64,000 bases of DNA from Octopus vulgaris (GCA_951406725.2 OX597832.1:27280001-27344000); one strand, 5' to 3'; shown: positions 39,626 to 53,012, numbered from the stretch's first letter. The notes: generated by a model not told the origin, from the sequence alone. Program-made: numbers and translations.

Positions 39626-41274
39626 AGACCAAACGGATTTCGGAAGGCTAAAAGGACAAAGTATTCTTCTTTGGATATAAGCTACGCCACGTTAATGTCT
39701 GGTTGCAGAATCTGGCAAAGAGTCGGACAAAATGCCTTGCGTTGTTTCTTCCGATATTTCGCGTTCTGAGTTGCAATCCGACCAAGATCAACTTTGCGCT
39801 TCATCCTCCGAGGGTCTATAAAACCAAGCACCCAGTCAAGTGTGAGTCGTGTGTGTTGTGGGGTGGGGTGGGGTGGGGGTTTTGGTCAAGCGAATCGATT
39901 AAAACCGTTCTCCAAAAATTGCTGACCTTGCGCTTAAATTCGAAACAATTATGACAAGGTAATGAGCAGGCAGAACCGTTAGCGCGTCGAACAAAATTCT
40001 TAGCAGCATTTCGTCCGTCTCGAAGTTCTGACCTTCAATCATGATGATGATGATGATGATCTTCATCCTCCTCCTCCTCCTCCTCCTCCTCCTCCTCCTC
40101 ATCATCATCATCATCATCATCATTATTATTATTATTATTATTATTGTGAAAGACACACTCCGTAAACTAACGACAGATATTTGCGGGTATCGTTTGCTCA
40201 AGTTGTGAATTCAAATCTCGCTAAATATCGGTAATATAAGCGGGTCTTTCTTAAATCAAGTTTTTGGAGTTGTGCTCAAGCTAGAGAAGCATCATCATCA
40301 TCAACAACAATAAAAGTTAACAGTAGTATGTGTGTGTGTGTGTGTGTGTTGATTATTTATAGGATTCAATAGAATCTAGGCAGATGAACACGTAGGACGC
40401 CAGAAATGGTTAGGCACAACAACACAGGATTCTTAGAGAGGTAAAACAATGAAGGTATCAACTGTATTTGTAGGATATTGTAGATATGTCGGGATCAAAT
40501 CTCATTTAAACCTTAGGCCCGACTGGGGGCTGGTTCTGGGTATGGCGAACAAATGGAAAAAAACACACAAATGCATTTATGCATTTGTGTTTGTTGTGTG
40601 TGTGCATGTATGTATGTATGTATGTATGTATGTATGTATGTATGCATGTATGTATGTATGTGTGTGTGTGTACGTACATATGTATGTATGTATGCATGTA
40701 TGTATGTATGTATGTATGTATGTGTGTGTGTGTATGTAGGTATGTATGTGTGTATGTATGTGTGTATGCATGTATGCGTGTGTATATGTATGTGAGTATG
40801 TGAGCGTATGTGTATGTATGTGTGTGTGTATGTACGTATGTATGTATGAATGTATGTTCGTGTGTATGCATGTATGTTTGTATGCATGTATATATGTGTG
40901 TATGTATATGTGTGTACGTGTTTATGCATGCATGTATTGCTGTGGTTGAAGGAAGGGACAGTGTCCTGTGTTCGCAGAACATCCGAGAAACGACCTTCTA
41001 GAAGAGGAAGACCGAACATGTTCCGTGTGTGTGCGTGTGTGTGTGCGTGCCTATGCGTTACATCTGTACGGAATGAAGCGTGTTAAATCATGCTGAACAA
41101 TCAAAGTGGTTAGAATTTCATCTTCTGACTTAGCATTTCACTGTACACACACACAACACACACACACAACACACACACACACACACACACATTCATACGC
41201 ATACACCCATTTACACATCCACACACACGCACACACACACAAACACACACTCACACACACTCACACACACAACA

Positions 41275-41360
<86 letters not shown>

Positions 41361-41634
41361 GAAATGAAACTGAATAATGTTGTTCACATTGATGAAGCAC
41401 CCGGGGTGTTGATATCTAAATATTTATATTGTGTATATAGGGAGAGGATTCTGTAAACACAACAGGCAGTATATACACATGCGCGTGCATGTGTGTATCT
41501 ATATATACACATACACACGCATATACGCTTATGCGCGCGCGCGTGTTTGCGTGAATGTGTGTGTGTGTGTTTAATGGTTTCACACACGTGTGAATTGCAA
41601 TCAGGCCCAAAATGTACTCAATACCTTTAGGTGC

Positions 41635-41800
41635 AATCGTAGCAAGAAACGGTAAGAAGCTTGCTTCCCAACCATATGGTTCCGGGTTCAGTCCCACTGC
41701 GTGTCACCTTGGATAGGTGTCTTCTACTATAGCCTCGGGCCGACCAAACGACCAAAGCCTTGTGAGTGGATTTGTTAGGCGGAAACTGAAAGAAGCCCGT
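41635..41800 (+). mobile_element. SINE family B head (CORE-type); its tail is probably at ~42250-42485
   Basis: GGTAAGAAGCTTGCTTCCCAACCA..GGTTCAGTCCCACTGCGTG.CACCTTGG...GGAAACTGAAAGAAGCCCG. Confidence 0.8.
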
Positions 41801-41876
41801 TATACATATATATATATATATTTATTTATAATTATATTAAGGGCATTACTATACATAAATACCTCACGCTAAATAT

Positions 41877-42091
41877 ATTCAGATTACTCTGTTAAATGTA
41901 ATACTTTTTCACTCAAATTGTTTTTAATTAATCCTGCATTATCTTATAGCTTTGAGGTTTCAGTGATGTGATTGTTTATTTTTAGCATGACATTGTAGGT
42001 TAAGTGTGAGAGGCTAGATATGGCCAGTTTGAATATAAAACATTTAGAATAGTTGGGCCGGATATGGCCGGTTTAAACACTAAAGGGTTAA
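41877..42091. mobile_element. piggyBac-like MITE, one end retained
   Basis: Ends in ...TAAAGGG followed by TTAA; no matching left TIR seen. Confidence 0.45.
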
Positions 42092-42809
42092 AGGGAATAA
42101 TTAATAAATTTTACCCTTATGAGGTTTTTCACGTTAACTACTTGAAAATTTCTTATAAAGATTTTATCCTATTTTTCAATTTTATATATATATATATATG
42201 CGTGTGTGTGTGTATGTGTGTGTGTGTATGTGTGTGTGTGTGTGTCTATATTTGTCCGCCCTAGCCACCGCTTGGCAACCGGTGCTGGTGTGTTTGCGTC
42301 CCCGTAACCTAGCGGTTCAGCTAAAAGAGCCCGATAGAGTAAATACCAAGATTAAAAGGAAAAAAAAAAAGAAAAAAAAAAGGAAACAAGTATTGGTTTC
42401 GTTTCATTCGACTAAAGCCAAATTCTTCAAGGCGGTGCCCCAGCATGGCCACAATCTCAATGACTAAGACGAGTAAAAGACAAGAACTGGAAAAAAACAA
42501 AAATGTATAAATAAATAAATCGTGTTATCATTCATTCAGCGATGAGTCAGCGCGAGTCAGCGCGAGTCACGACTCGGGAGTCTCACGTTTTCACTTCCAC
42601 GAACCACCACACAAACACACAGTTTGTGTTTCGCTTTGGTGGCGATGGTGGAGTCGGGAAGAGTCATGTCCGGGGGGTGGAGATGACGAGGAGGGTGGGT
42701 TTTTTTTTTGCTGGTATAAACTGTTGTTGTTGTTGCTCTAATTGTGTTAATCGTTTTGGCGTTCCTACTCGTTAATATTCTTATTCATATTGCTGCTGCC
42801 GTTGCTGCT

Positions 42810-42878
42810 GCTGCTACTACTACTACTATTACTACAACAACAACTACTACTACTACAACTACTACTACTACTACAACA

Positions 42879-42919
<41 letters not shown>

Positions 42920-43162
42920 AACAACTAGTACTACTACTACTACTACAACAACAATAACTACTACTACAACAACAACAACTACTACTACTACTACTAGTAC
43001 TACTACTACTACAACAACTACTACTACTACTACAACAACAACAACTACTACTACTACTACAACAACTACTACTACTACAACAACTACTACTACTACAACA
43101 ACTACTACTACTACAACAACAACAACTACTACTACTACTACTACTACTACTGCAACTACTAT

Positions 43163-43209
<47 letters not shown>

Positions 43210-43210
43210 T
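42810..43210. repeat. (CTA/CAA)n microsatellite
   Basis: About 400 bp of CTA/CAA repeats. Confidence 0.95.
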
Positions 43211-44420
43211 CTTCCGTCTTACCAAATTTGTTATTTTATATTTTTCTCTCTCATTCCTCCGTCTCTTCTCTGTCTTTCTCTCTCTCACTCTCCTCCTCCT
43301 CCTCCTCCTCTTCCCCCCTTCGTCTTCTTCCTCTTCTTCTCGTTGTCCTCTCGCGCGTCCTTCCTCCCCCGGTCACCGCTCCTCCCTCCCTCGCTCTCCT
43401 CTCAAACCTGTTACATAATAACCAAAACCCGAGTCTTTGTCCGCGTGATGCAACTACGGGGTGGCACCATCACCACCACCATCCACCTTACACCCACCCT
43501 TACCGCTACCCCGCACTCCACAACCACCACCACCACCACCGTCATCACATCTACCCGACATCTATACTTAGATATTAACCTCCGGCTTCCTATCACTACC
43601 GGCTTCACCATCTCCCCTCTTAAACCACCACTCACCATTACTAACACCACCACCACCACCACCCCTACCACTCCTCCCACCACCACCACCATATACCAAG
43701 TAACCATTCTTGTTACTACCCCAACAAAACACTAAAGCCACCGCCACCACACTTTTTCGGACACTCACCTTATGCTACCTGGTTCACTAATTGCTCACAT
43801 TGCATCTCCTAACTCCATCACTGCGAAGTTCCTTACATCCAACACACAATGTCTACTGTCCACCCTGGAATACATTATCCAGAGTGTTCTTCGTTTTATC
43901 AGATACCGGGTTATGACATTTGGGAGATTTGGTTGCTATTTCTAGCAGGCGAGGAAACCTCGTAAAAGCTCCCTCGTTGACTCTTAATCACTATATAACT
44001 ACCAGCAATATACTGGGGTAAATCTCAGTCGCAGGCATGGCTGGGTGGTAAGACATTTGATTTCCCAACCATACATTTTCGAGTTCAATCCTTCTACTAG
44101 AGCTTCGGGCGGACCAAAGGATTGCGATCCGATTTTGGCGATGGAAACTGAAAGAAACCCGCCGTATATATACATATGTACGTAGCTGTGTGTCTGTATG
44201 TGTATGTGTATGTGTGTGCTTGTGTTTGTCTCCACTCCCAATACTTGACAATCAATGTTGGTTTGGTTACATCCTCGCAACACACAGGTTCAGCAAAAGC
44301 GATCGATAAAATAAGCACAACGCCTAAAAATAAATACTGGGGTTTGATTTGTTTGGCTAAACCTTTCAAAACGATGCCCCAGCATGGCCGCAGTCTAATG
44401 TAAACGATATAACACACACA

Positions 44421-44489
<69 letters not shown>

Positions 44490-44591
44490 GGGATGAAAGG
44501 ACCGAAGGATTCGTGCGTTACACTTCCCAAAATGTGTGTGTGTGTGTGTGTGTGTAGTTGTGCATGAATATGTATATATATATATACATAT

Positions 44592-44751
44592 AGGTGCAGG
44601 AATGTCTGTGTGATCAATAGCTTGCTTACCAACAATATGGTCCCGGAATCAGTCTTCTATTATACCCTCGGGCTGACCAAAGCCTTGTGAGTGGATTTGG
44701 TCGACGGAAACTGCAAGAAGCCCGTCGTGTATGTATATATATATATGTATA

Positions 44752-44782
<31 letters not shown>

Positions 44783-44998
44783 TTGTGTGTCAGTTTGTTC
44801 CCCACAACATCACTCGACAACCGATGCTGGTATGTTTAAGTCCCCGTAACTTAGCAGTTCGGCAAAAGAGACCGAAGGAATAAGTACTAGGCTTACAAAG
44901 AATAAGCTCTGGGGTCGATTTGCTCGACTAAAGGCGGTGCTCCAGCATGGCCACAGTCAAATGACTGAAACAAGCAAAAGAGTAAAAGAGTAAAAGAG
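44592..44998 (+). mobile_element. SINE family B copy with internal microsatellite
   Basis: tRNA-like head, AAAGCCTTGTGAGTGGATTTGG, internal (TA)(TG)n, tail ...GGCGGTGCTCCAGCATGGCCACAGTCAAATGACTGAAAC and (AAAAGAGT)n. Other copies at 44030-44400, 47100-47255, 52810-53310 and 53855-54100 (minus). Confidence 0.85.
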
Positions 44999-45089
44999 TC
45001 TACATCTATGGCGTATTTATATGTGTGTGTATATATGTATGTGTATGAATATATATATATATGCATATAAGTATATGCGTATGCATATG

Positions 45090-45143
<54 letters not shown>

Positions 45144-45280
45144 ATACATACACACATGCATATATGCATACATACATATATACACATATTCTTAACATGA
45201 AACCGATGAGAGCTTTAATACACAAATAAAGAAATTTTATCCACCAATGATGTGTTGAGCTCCCATTCTCAGCGTTCCAC

Positions 45281-45325
<45 letters not shown>

Positions 45326-45599
45326 TACACACACATACACACACACACACACACACACATACACACACACATATATACATATACATGCACATATACACAC
45401 ACATATATACATACATATACATGCACACACTCACATACACACACACAACACCGGTTTACATTTATGTACTTCAATATTCCACCTTAAAACTCCCTCCTCA
45501 AGAGAGAAAACGGAAAACGAGCTTAGCCATTATCTGTTCAAAAATATTGGGATTTAGTTTAGGTGAGTGGTTGTGACATGCGCTGATTGCTTTTGATAA

Positions 45600-45965
45600 A
45601 TTAGGCAATTAGCATCGCGCAACTCTTGTCTCTTGTTGATAACCGGATTTAATTTGTTTTCCTTTTTTTAGTAACACTAATGATATGCCATCGTCAAATA
45701 TCCAACTGAATCCAACCATTTGCACTCCCACCCCGCACATATTCACATATTTGTACACGTCACTGCTACGCCCAACTTCTCCAGTTTTTCTTGATAAGGG
45801 CATTTTGTAGCCGAAATGTCAAAAATATGATTATTTTAAATTCATTTTGGTTCCTTTATTGCCCAACTCCACTGCAGTGTCTTTCTAAAACAGTTTTGAA
45901 TCTATCCCACAATGCTGTGCCATACTGACTCTGACTGGCTTACATTAAATTTACAAATGCCTGCG
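45600..45965 (-). mobile_element. Possible pogo/Tigger-like transposase fragment
   Basis: Minus translation YQEKLEKLG...WSANGWIQ...RWHII loosely resembles the CENP-B-type HTH motif LQEKA...ASNGWL..F..RH.I. Confidence 0.3.
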
Positions 45966-46080
45966 GAATACTCAGCCTCTTACAGTATACGGATATATAG
46001 ATAGATTCAAAGATTAAAATGGATGCTCTGTCGGCTACAGCGTGTAATGTAAGTGAGCATTGTGTACGTTTAATGTAATT

Positions 46081-46499
46081 CCTATTTCTTTATTGCCCAC
46101 CAGGGGCTAAACATAGAGGGGACAAACAAGGACAGATAAAGGGATTAAGTCGATTACATCGACCCCAGTGCATAACTGGTACTTAATTTATCGACCCCGA
46201 AAGGATGAAAGGCAAAGTAGACCTCAGCAGAATTTGAACACGGAACGTAACGGGAGACGAAATACCTGTTTCTTTACAACCCACAAGGGGCCAAACACAG
46301 AGAGGACAAACAAGGACAGACAAACGGATTAAGTCGATTATATCGACCCCAGTGCGTAACTGGTACTTAATTTATCGACCCCGAAAGGATGAAAGGCAAA
46401 GTCGACCTCGGCGGAATTTGAACTCAGAACGTAGCGGCAGACGAAATACGGATACGCATTTCGCCCGGCGTGCTAACGTTTCTGCCAGCTCGCCGCCTT
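46081..46499 (-). mobile_element. SINE family A tandem dimer with 10-bp TSD
   Basis: One head and two bodies; TACGTTTAAT on both flanks (~46065 and ~46499). Confidence 0.9.
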
Positions 46500-47255
46500 A
46501 CGTTTAATTCTGTCAGTATGGCACACACGTGGATTGCCTTTTGAATTTCGGGCACAATGCCTCCAACAGACTTCCACCCTGTTTTCGTGTCTACAATTTC
46601 CGACTCTCAAGATTTGGATCAATTGAAGACTAATGACATCAAATTGCCGTACTGCGGGATGGAAACCGAGACAGCATTTTTAACATGAATTTCTTAAGTA
46701 CTCAACCTTCTTACGTTAGAGGAAGATATTTTATACACAGCATTGTGGAATAGATTCAAAACTGCTTTAGAAAGACACTGCATGAAATGGAGTAACAAGA
46801 ATATCAAACGTAAAACAAAGTTTTACCTTATATTTCGGGTATAAAAGCTCTTATTCATGAGGCTGTTATAAAAGTTCTTATTCGACGAGGGCACTACTAA
46901 GTGGTTCCCTTGCTTATTGGAAATAGCAGTCATATGTGGAAGAAAAGAAGGGCACATCGGATAATATAGTACATGGTGGCGGCGGCGATGGGGGGTGGGG
47001 GTGATATTGTTTGAAGAGTGTAAAGTATATCTAAATACTTCTTATATGAGTTACGTGTATTGTTTAATTTTCGTTTGAACTGCCAATCTAAGTGATTTCC
47101 ATGGCTATGTGGTAAGAAGCTTGCTTCCCAGCCACATGGTTCTGTGTTCAGTTCAACTGCGTGGCACCTTGGGCAAGTGTATTTTATTATAGCCTTGGGC
47201 CAACCAAAGATTTGTGAGTAAGTCTAACAAACGGAAACTGAAAGAATCCCGTTGC

Positions 47256-47287
<32 letters not shown>

Positions 47288-47289
<2 letters not shown>

Positions 47290-47446
47290 TAGAGAAAAAC
47301 CACTATTATGTAATTCAAACAATGATAGACGTAAACCATACCATATAGAAAAAATAAAATATATAATAAAAACATTTATCTAGATCACAGTATATGGTAT
47401 CATTTACGTCTATCTTTGAATTATATAATAGTGGTTTTTCTCTAAT
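47288..47446. repeat. Foldback element with ~55-bp arms inside (TA)n
   Basis: ATTAGAGAAAAACCACTATTAT...GATAGACGTAAA..ATACCATATA versus TATATGGTAT..TTTACGTCTATC...ATAATAGTGGTTTTTCTCTAAT. Confidence 0.8.
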
Positions 47447-47744
47447 ATATATATAAAGTCAGTAATTTTAAGGGGGAGAATGAGAATTAGTTGATGCCAT
47501 CAACTTCAGTACGTGACTAGTAATCCTATTGACCCCGAAGGAATGAATGGCAAAGTTATCTTCGACCACATTTGAACCCTGAGAAAGGAAGGAACAAAAA
47601 TAACGCGCGTCCGCCACTCCCGTTTCCATAAATAATAATTGAAAGAGATGTTTGCCAGCCAGATTCGATCCCTCTCTTCTCTAACTTGAAGTAAAAGTAC
47701 TGAGTGTGTGTGTATACACAAATTATGTATTTTATGCATTTTTC

Positions 47745-47786
<42 letters not shown>

Positions 47787-48407
47787 TACACATTTGTCTA
47801 TAAACAATGTTTGGTCATAATATATCACGTGACATTGACACAGTCCTTGACAACGACAAGTTGCTGACAAATTGAAAAATATGTCAGCCATTGCAATCAT
47901 CACATGAAGCAATTCACGTGACACAACATATTTCTCACCTCATCTGCTGTTTTCGCATGTGCATGATGTTGTGTGTGTGTGTCACTGTATGTGCGTGTGT
48001 GTGTGTGCATATATGTGCGTGTGTTTAAATCTGTGTTCAGCACCGGTCTATTTAGTATTTCTATATTTGAGCTCGTATCTAGATATGCGTCTGTATGTGA
48101 GGACTCAGGTATGTGGAAATGTGTGTGGATGTCGGTTTCTAATATCTGTCAAGCTTGCTAGCTATCATCATATATTGTGCAACCGTTAATCAAGACATGT
48201 TTATTTTTGCCTCTGCATTCTACTTTTTCTTTTTACCTCTCACCCTCCGTTTCCTCTCCTCATTCCATTCTGTTCTGTAGATGAGGGTAGGCACGAAACG
48301 TCAAACACGTCGTCCATTTTCCTGGGTGCAAAATTAATGCACCTTTTTCGTTGTTCACTCACCTGTCTGTATGCCTTTCGTGTTTTGTTTTTCGTATAAT
48401 TTTGAAC

Positions 48408-48443
<36 letters not shown>

Positions 48444-48519
48444 TGTATGTATGTATGTATGTATGTATGTATGTATGTATGTATGTATGTATGTATGTAT
48501 GTATGCATGTATGTATGTA

Positions 48520-48572
<53 letters not shown>

Positions 48573-48580
48573 TAATATTT

Positions 48581-48688
48581 AGCAGAAGAAACAGAGTGAT
48601 TCAAGGTCTGAGAGTTTCGTGCGGTGGCACTTATTGATAAATGCCAACGCACGAAACTTTCGGAACTTGAGTCACTCTGTTACTTCTG

Positions 48689-48690
<2 letters not shown>
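48581..48690. repeat. 110-bp near-perfect palindrome made of two hammerhead-like arms
   Basis: 54-bp arms with 7 differences and a 2-nt centre; each arm reads (G/A)UGC-CA(A/C)C-GCAC GAAAC. Confidence 0.85.
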
Positions 48691-48748
<58 letters not shown>

Positions 48749-48850
48749 CGGAGCAGGCACATAAATGTGAAACAAGGTGGAAAAAAGAGTACTCAAATAT
48801 CAGAGATAGAGTAATATGCTTTATTTAAAAGCAGCAGAAATATAACAAAA

Positions 48851-48884
48851 GCTGTTACTCAGAGTTTCACGTTCCCGTTCGTCG
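48851..48884 (-). ncRNA. 5'-truncated hammerhead-like motif
   Basis: CGACGA ACG-GGAA-CGU GAAAC UCUGAG UA ACAGC: GNRA-capped stem II, ACUC/GAGU stem III, GUA site. The 5' strand of stem I is missing. Confidence 0.55.
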
Positions 48885-49829
48885 CATCTTCCAACACGCC
48901 AGTTTGGGAAAATTTCATGAGAAAACACTCGAACGCTTAACCCACCTACCCAATAGAGCGGCGCACGGTCTTGTTGGAAAATAACTGTTGCAAGTGGTGC
49001 AACTACAGTGCAACAATATGCACCCTATATAAATATCATATGAGAGTAAGATAAAGAAAATGGAAGAGAAAGACAATGGATTCTATATTGATCACTACGA
49101 TCGTTTCGACCCACCGTGCATCAGTCCCTCCCGAGTGATATTCTCTACAAATAGTTGTAGCACATTATTCGGTGCAGATTTCGCTTATTTAGGTTAGAAT
49201 ACATTTTGGTACTCTCCCATAGCTAGTCGCATACAGAAGAAAACACTAGTTAAATGGCATACTACCAGGTGTATACCCAAGTTCAGTCGGGCGTGACTGC
49301 CGCTACCTCGTGGTGGGCTGAGGAAACGAGAGTTCGCCGAGGAAAAAATTTTCGATCCGATGTCCGCGCATCGAGCCGGTGCGGATCGAGCTAGTGAGCC
49401 GGGTTCTGCAGCAATGCGGCAGGAGGCAGCCTTCGCTCCCTGCATACTCGCGTGCGTGCATATACATAGCTACATATATATATATACATCTATACACATA
49501 CACACATTACATATATTCATATATAAATACATATATATATATACATACAAACATACACACAACATACATAAATGCATACACACACACACACAAACACACT
49601 GTATCTCACAGAAAGATGCTCACTCCTATAAAATTTCATTAAAATTGCTATTACTCTGATAATATCGAAGGGAATCAAACGAAATTTATACAGAATAAAA
49701 TATCATTATACATGCAAACATTATACAAATTTGGAACACAAAACGATAAACATTTTCAAAGATATGAACGAAATATTAATTTCCAAACGATACAAAAATA
49801 TGTACACTCTAAAGTATTATTTGCTATAT

Positions 49830-51070
49830 TCAATATTTGGTGTGACCGCCCTGGCTTTCAATGACTGCATTAAGTCTTCTGGGCGTAGAATCGAATAAAT
49901 TTCTGCATATAACCAATGAAATCGACCTCCATTTATTCTGAATGATGTCTTTCAACTGTGTTACGTCGCAGGGTTTTTTCTCTTCAACCTTCCTTTTCAA
50001 AACTCACCACATGTTCTTTTGGGTTTAAATTAGGTGATTCGGTAGGCCAAGGTAATGCCTTTAGCTTCTTATCTGATAAAAACTTGGTCGTCATCTTTGA
50101 AATGTGTTTAGGGTCATTATCAGGTTGGAACGTAGAATGTCTTCCTAGTTCCTTGATGCTTTTCAACATTGCTTTCTGCAATATATCACAATGAAGCCTT
50201 GAATCCGTTGTTCTCTTAATAAATGTAAGTCCTCCCATACCAACCGCATTCATGCATCCCCCAAAACATAGCACTTCCGCCGCCGTGTTTCACGGTATCC
50301 ATGGTGCATTTGTCGCTATTATCTTCACCTGGTCGTCACCATACTCGTTTAATACCATCTGACCCAAATAAGTCGATTTTAGTCTCGTCAGGTAAAAGGA
50401 TTTTATTCTAAAATTCCTTCGCCTTCTCACATAGATTTCGGCAAAAGAAAGACGACTTTATTTATGTCTGGTGGTGTGGAGAAGCTCCCTAATAGGAATG
50501 CGTCCAGGAAGACCACTCTGATTCAAACTTCGGTGGACTGTGGCCGGATACACTCTTTCCACGAACTGAAGACACTTCTTGGGCCAAAGCTGGCAGAAAC
50601 GTTAGCACGCCGGGTGAAATGCTTTGCAGTATTTCGTTCGCCGCTGCGTTCTGAGTTCAAAGTCTGCCGAGGTCAACTTTGCCTTTCATCCTTTCGGGGT
50701 CGATAAATTAAGTACCAGTTACGCACTGGGGTCGATGTAATCGACTTAATATCCGTTTGTCTGTCCTTGCTTGTCCCCTCTGTGTTTAGCTCCCTGTGGG
50801 CAGTAAAGAAATAGGTACGACGCCTGTCGTCCATCACGCAACGTTGGATGTGGCGAATATATCACGGCGCAGTTAAAATACACGGACGAACTGGACAATG
50901 TTAATTGCTTAGTCATCCAGTAGCTTTGTACTTCTAAATTACTATGGCAACTGTGTTTACGCCAATATGTATTCGTTTGCTAATTAGCTTGTATCCTAAA
51001 CCGTTCTTCTGCAAATTAAAAACAATTATCTTCAAATCTTCAGACAATTTTTTTCTCCTTTTGGTGCCAT
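49830..51070 (-). pseudogene. Tc1 transposase pseudogene
   Basis: MAPKG..LSEDLK...GLGYKLISK; PDETKI; FQPDNDPKH with 34 residues to the E of WPTESPNLNPKE; ends GGHTKY*. Contains frameshifts, stops and a SINE insertion. Confidence 0.9.
50588..50817 (+). mobile_element. SINE family A copy inserted into the Tc1 transposase
   Basis: Head, central box and tail ending AAAGAAATAGG. Confidence 0.9.
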
Positions 51071-52012
51071 TTTAATCACAAAGAAGAAGATTTTCATCAC
51101 GGTACACAAATCAGAATTCCTGCAAATGTAATAACAATGACCGGGGCAAAAATGCCAGGAGAAATAATTTATTAGAATTGAAATAATCAGCAATACCTGA
51201 ATTTAGTAAAAAAAAAAAAAAAAGTGGATAAAATATTGAATATAGTAAATTTCCTTTAGGGTGTACATATTTTTGTAACGTTTGTAAATTATGTCGTTCA
51301 TATCTTTGAAAATGCTTATTGCTTTGTGTTCCAAATTTGTATAATGTTTGCATGTATGATATATTTTATTCAGTAAAACTTTCGCTTGATTTCCTTCGAT
51401 ATTATCAGAGTAATAGCAATTTTACTGAAAATTTTTAGGGTGTACATACTTCTGTGAGATACTGTAGACATATAATATCACCTGCCAGGTGAAACTGAAT
51501 GCCGTGCCACGATGTTTTGCAGCAGCTGGTAATAGTTTTGCGAAAGTATTTCTTCATTATTAATTCTGTCTCATCAGATGTCTTTGAGGATCTTCCGTTG
51601 ACGTCGTTGCTAGAATTGTTCGGCTTCTTGATCACCTCTTCGTGTCATTTTGCAATGTTCGACTTCTTGGCAGAATTGTTATTGCACAATAGAACCGAGT
51701 TTTGCATTGCAATAATGGCGATTGTTTTTATAATTAATATAAAATGGAACAGACACGCAAGGAATTGTACACACACACACACAAATATATACGCACATAG
51801 ATACATTATACATAGATCTCTCTCTCTATATATATATATATGTGTGTGTTTGTGTGTGTGTGTGTGCTTGTGTGTGTGTTTGTGTGTGCATGTGTGTGTG
51901 TATGTTTGTTTGTGTGTATGTGCTTGTATGTGTGTGTTTGTGTGTGTGTATGTGTGGTTGTGTGTGTGTTTGTGTGTGTGTGTATGTGTTTGTGTATGTG
52001 TGTTTGTATGTA

Positions 52013-52053
<41 letters not shown>

Positions 52054-52223
52054 GTGTGTGTTCACAAACACGCAAACATCGCGTGACAGCCCCGTCAGTG
52101 ATGAAAATGTTCACTTGATCGCTGGATTAAGACAATAAGTGAAACTTCGGCTAAATTTGAACCTGTGTAATCACTTGGTCAGTTTATCTTTAGTTCACAC
52201 ACGTGATCGCGCACACGCACACA

Positions 52224-52271
<48 letters not shown>

Positions 52272-52971
52272 CGCGCGCGTATGTGTGGAGGCTTGTGGTT
52301 GGTATAAGCAACGAAGACGATTCCTCTCTAGATTAAATCTTAAATGCTAATTCTTGAATACCGAGTTGGCAGAATGGTTAGAGCACCAGAGAAACGGTTT
52401 TGTAGTATTTGTTCCAACTCTTTACATTCTGAGTTCAAATCACGCGGACGTTCACTTCGCTTTTTTCATCGTTTAGGAGATCGATAAATACTCGGGGCAA
52501 TGGTATTGACCAATCCCTTCCCCACCCCCTCAAAATTTCTGGCCTTGTGCCTTAATTAGAACCCACCATTCAGGACGGTAAGCAGGAAGAATCGGTAGAG
52601 CGTCGGAGAAACTGTTTTGCGGAATATATTCTGGTTCTTCACTTTCTGAGTTCAAACATTGTTATGGTCAATTTTCCTGTCCACCCTTTCGGGGTCGATA
52701 AAACAGAGTACCAGTTAAATACTAGGGTATGCGGTATCGGCTAATTCCGTCCACTCAAAATTTACTGGCCTTGAGTTTAATTTTAAAAATCGAAAATAAT
52801 TCTTAAATTGGCGCAGGAGTGGCTGTGTGATAAAAAACTTGCTTCCCAAACATGCGGTCCTGCGTTCAGTCCCACTGCGTGACACCTTGCGCAGATGTCT
52901 TTCATTATAGACCTCGGGCTGACCAAAGCCTTGAGAGCGGGTTTCGTAGAGAGAACTAGAAGCCCATCATG

Positions 52972-53009
<38 letters not shown>

Positions 53010-53012
53010 TAC

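Larger units (their letters stand above)
49599..51464 (-). mobile_element. Near full-length decayed Tc1 element (DD34E) with ~235-bp IR/DR ends
   Basis: Termini CTGTATCTCACAGA and TCTGTGAGATACTG followed by TA; long inverted repeats 49599-49838 and 51231-51464, the right one with two TAGGGTGTACATA direct repeats. Confidence 0.9.

Noticed and set aside
51499-51770. Non-repetitive ORF segment and a minus-strand CTGATGA at ~51572
   Set aside because: No recognisable domain or splice pattern; no stem II and GAAA partner. The isolated CTGATGA at ~9210 and ~13412 fail for the same reason
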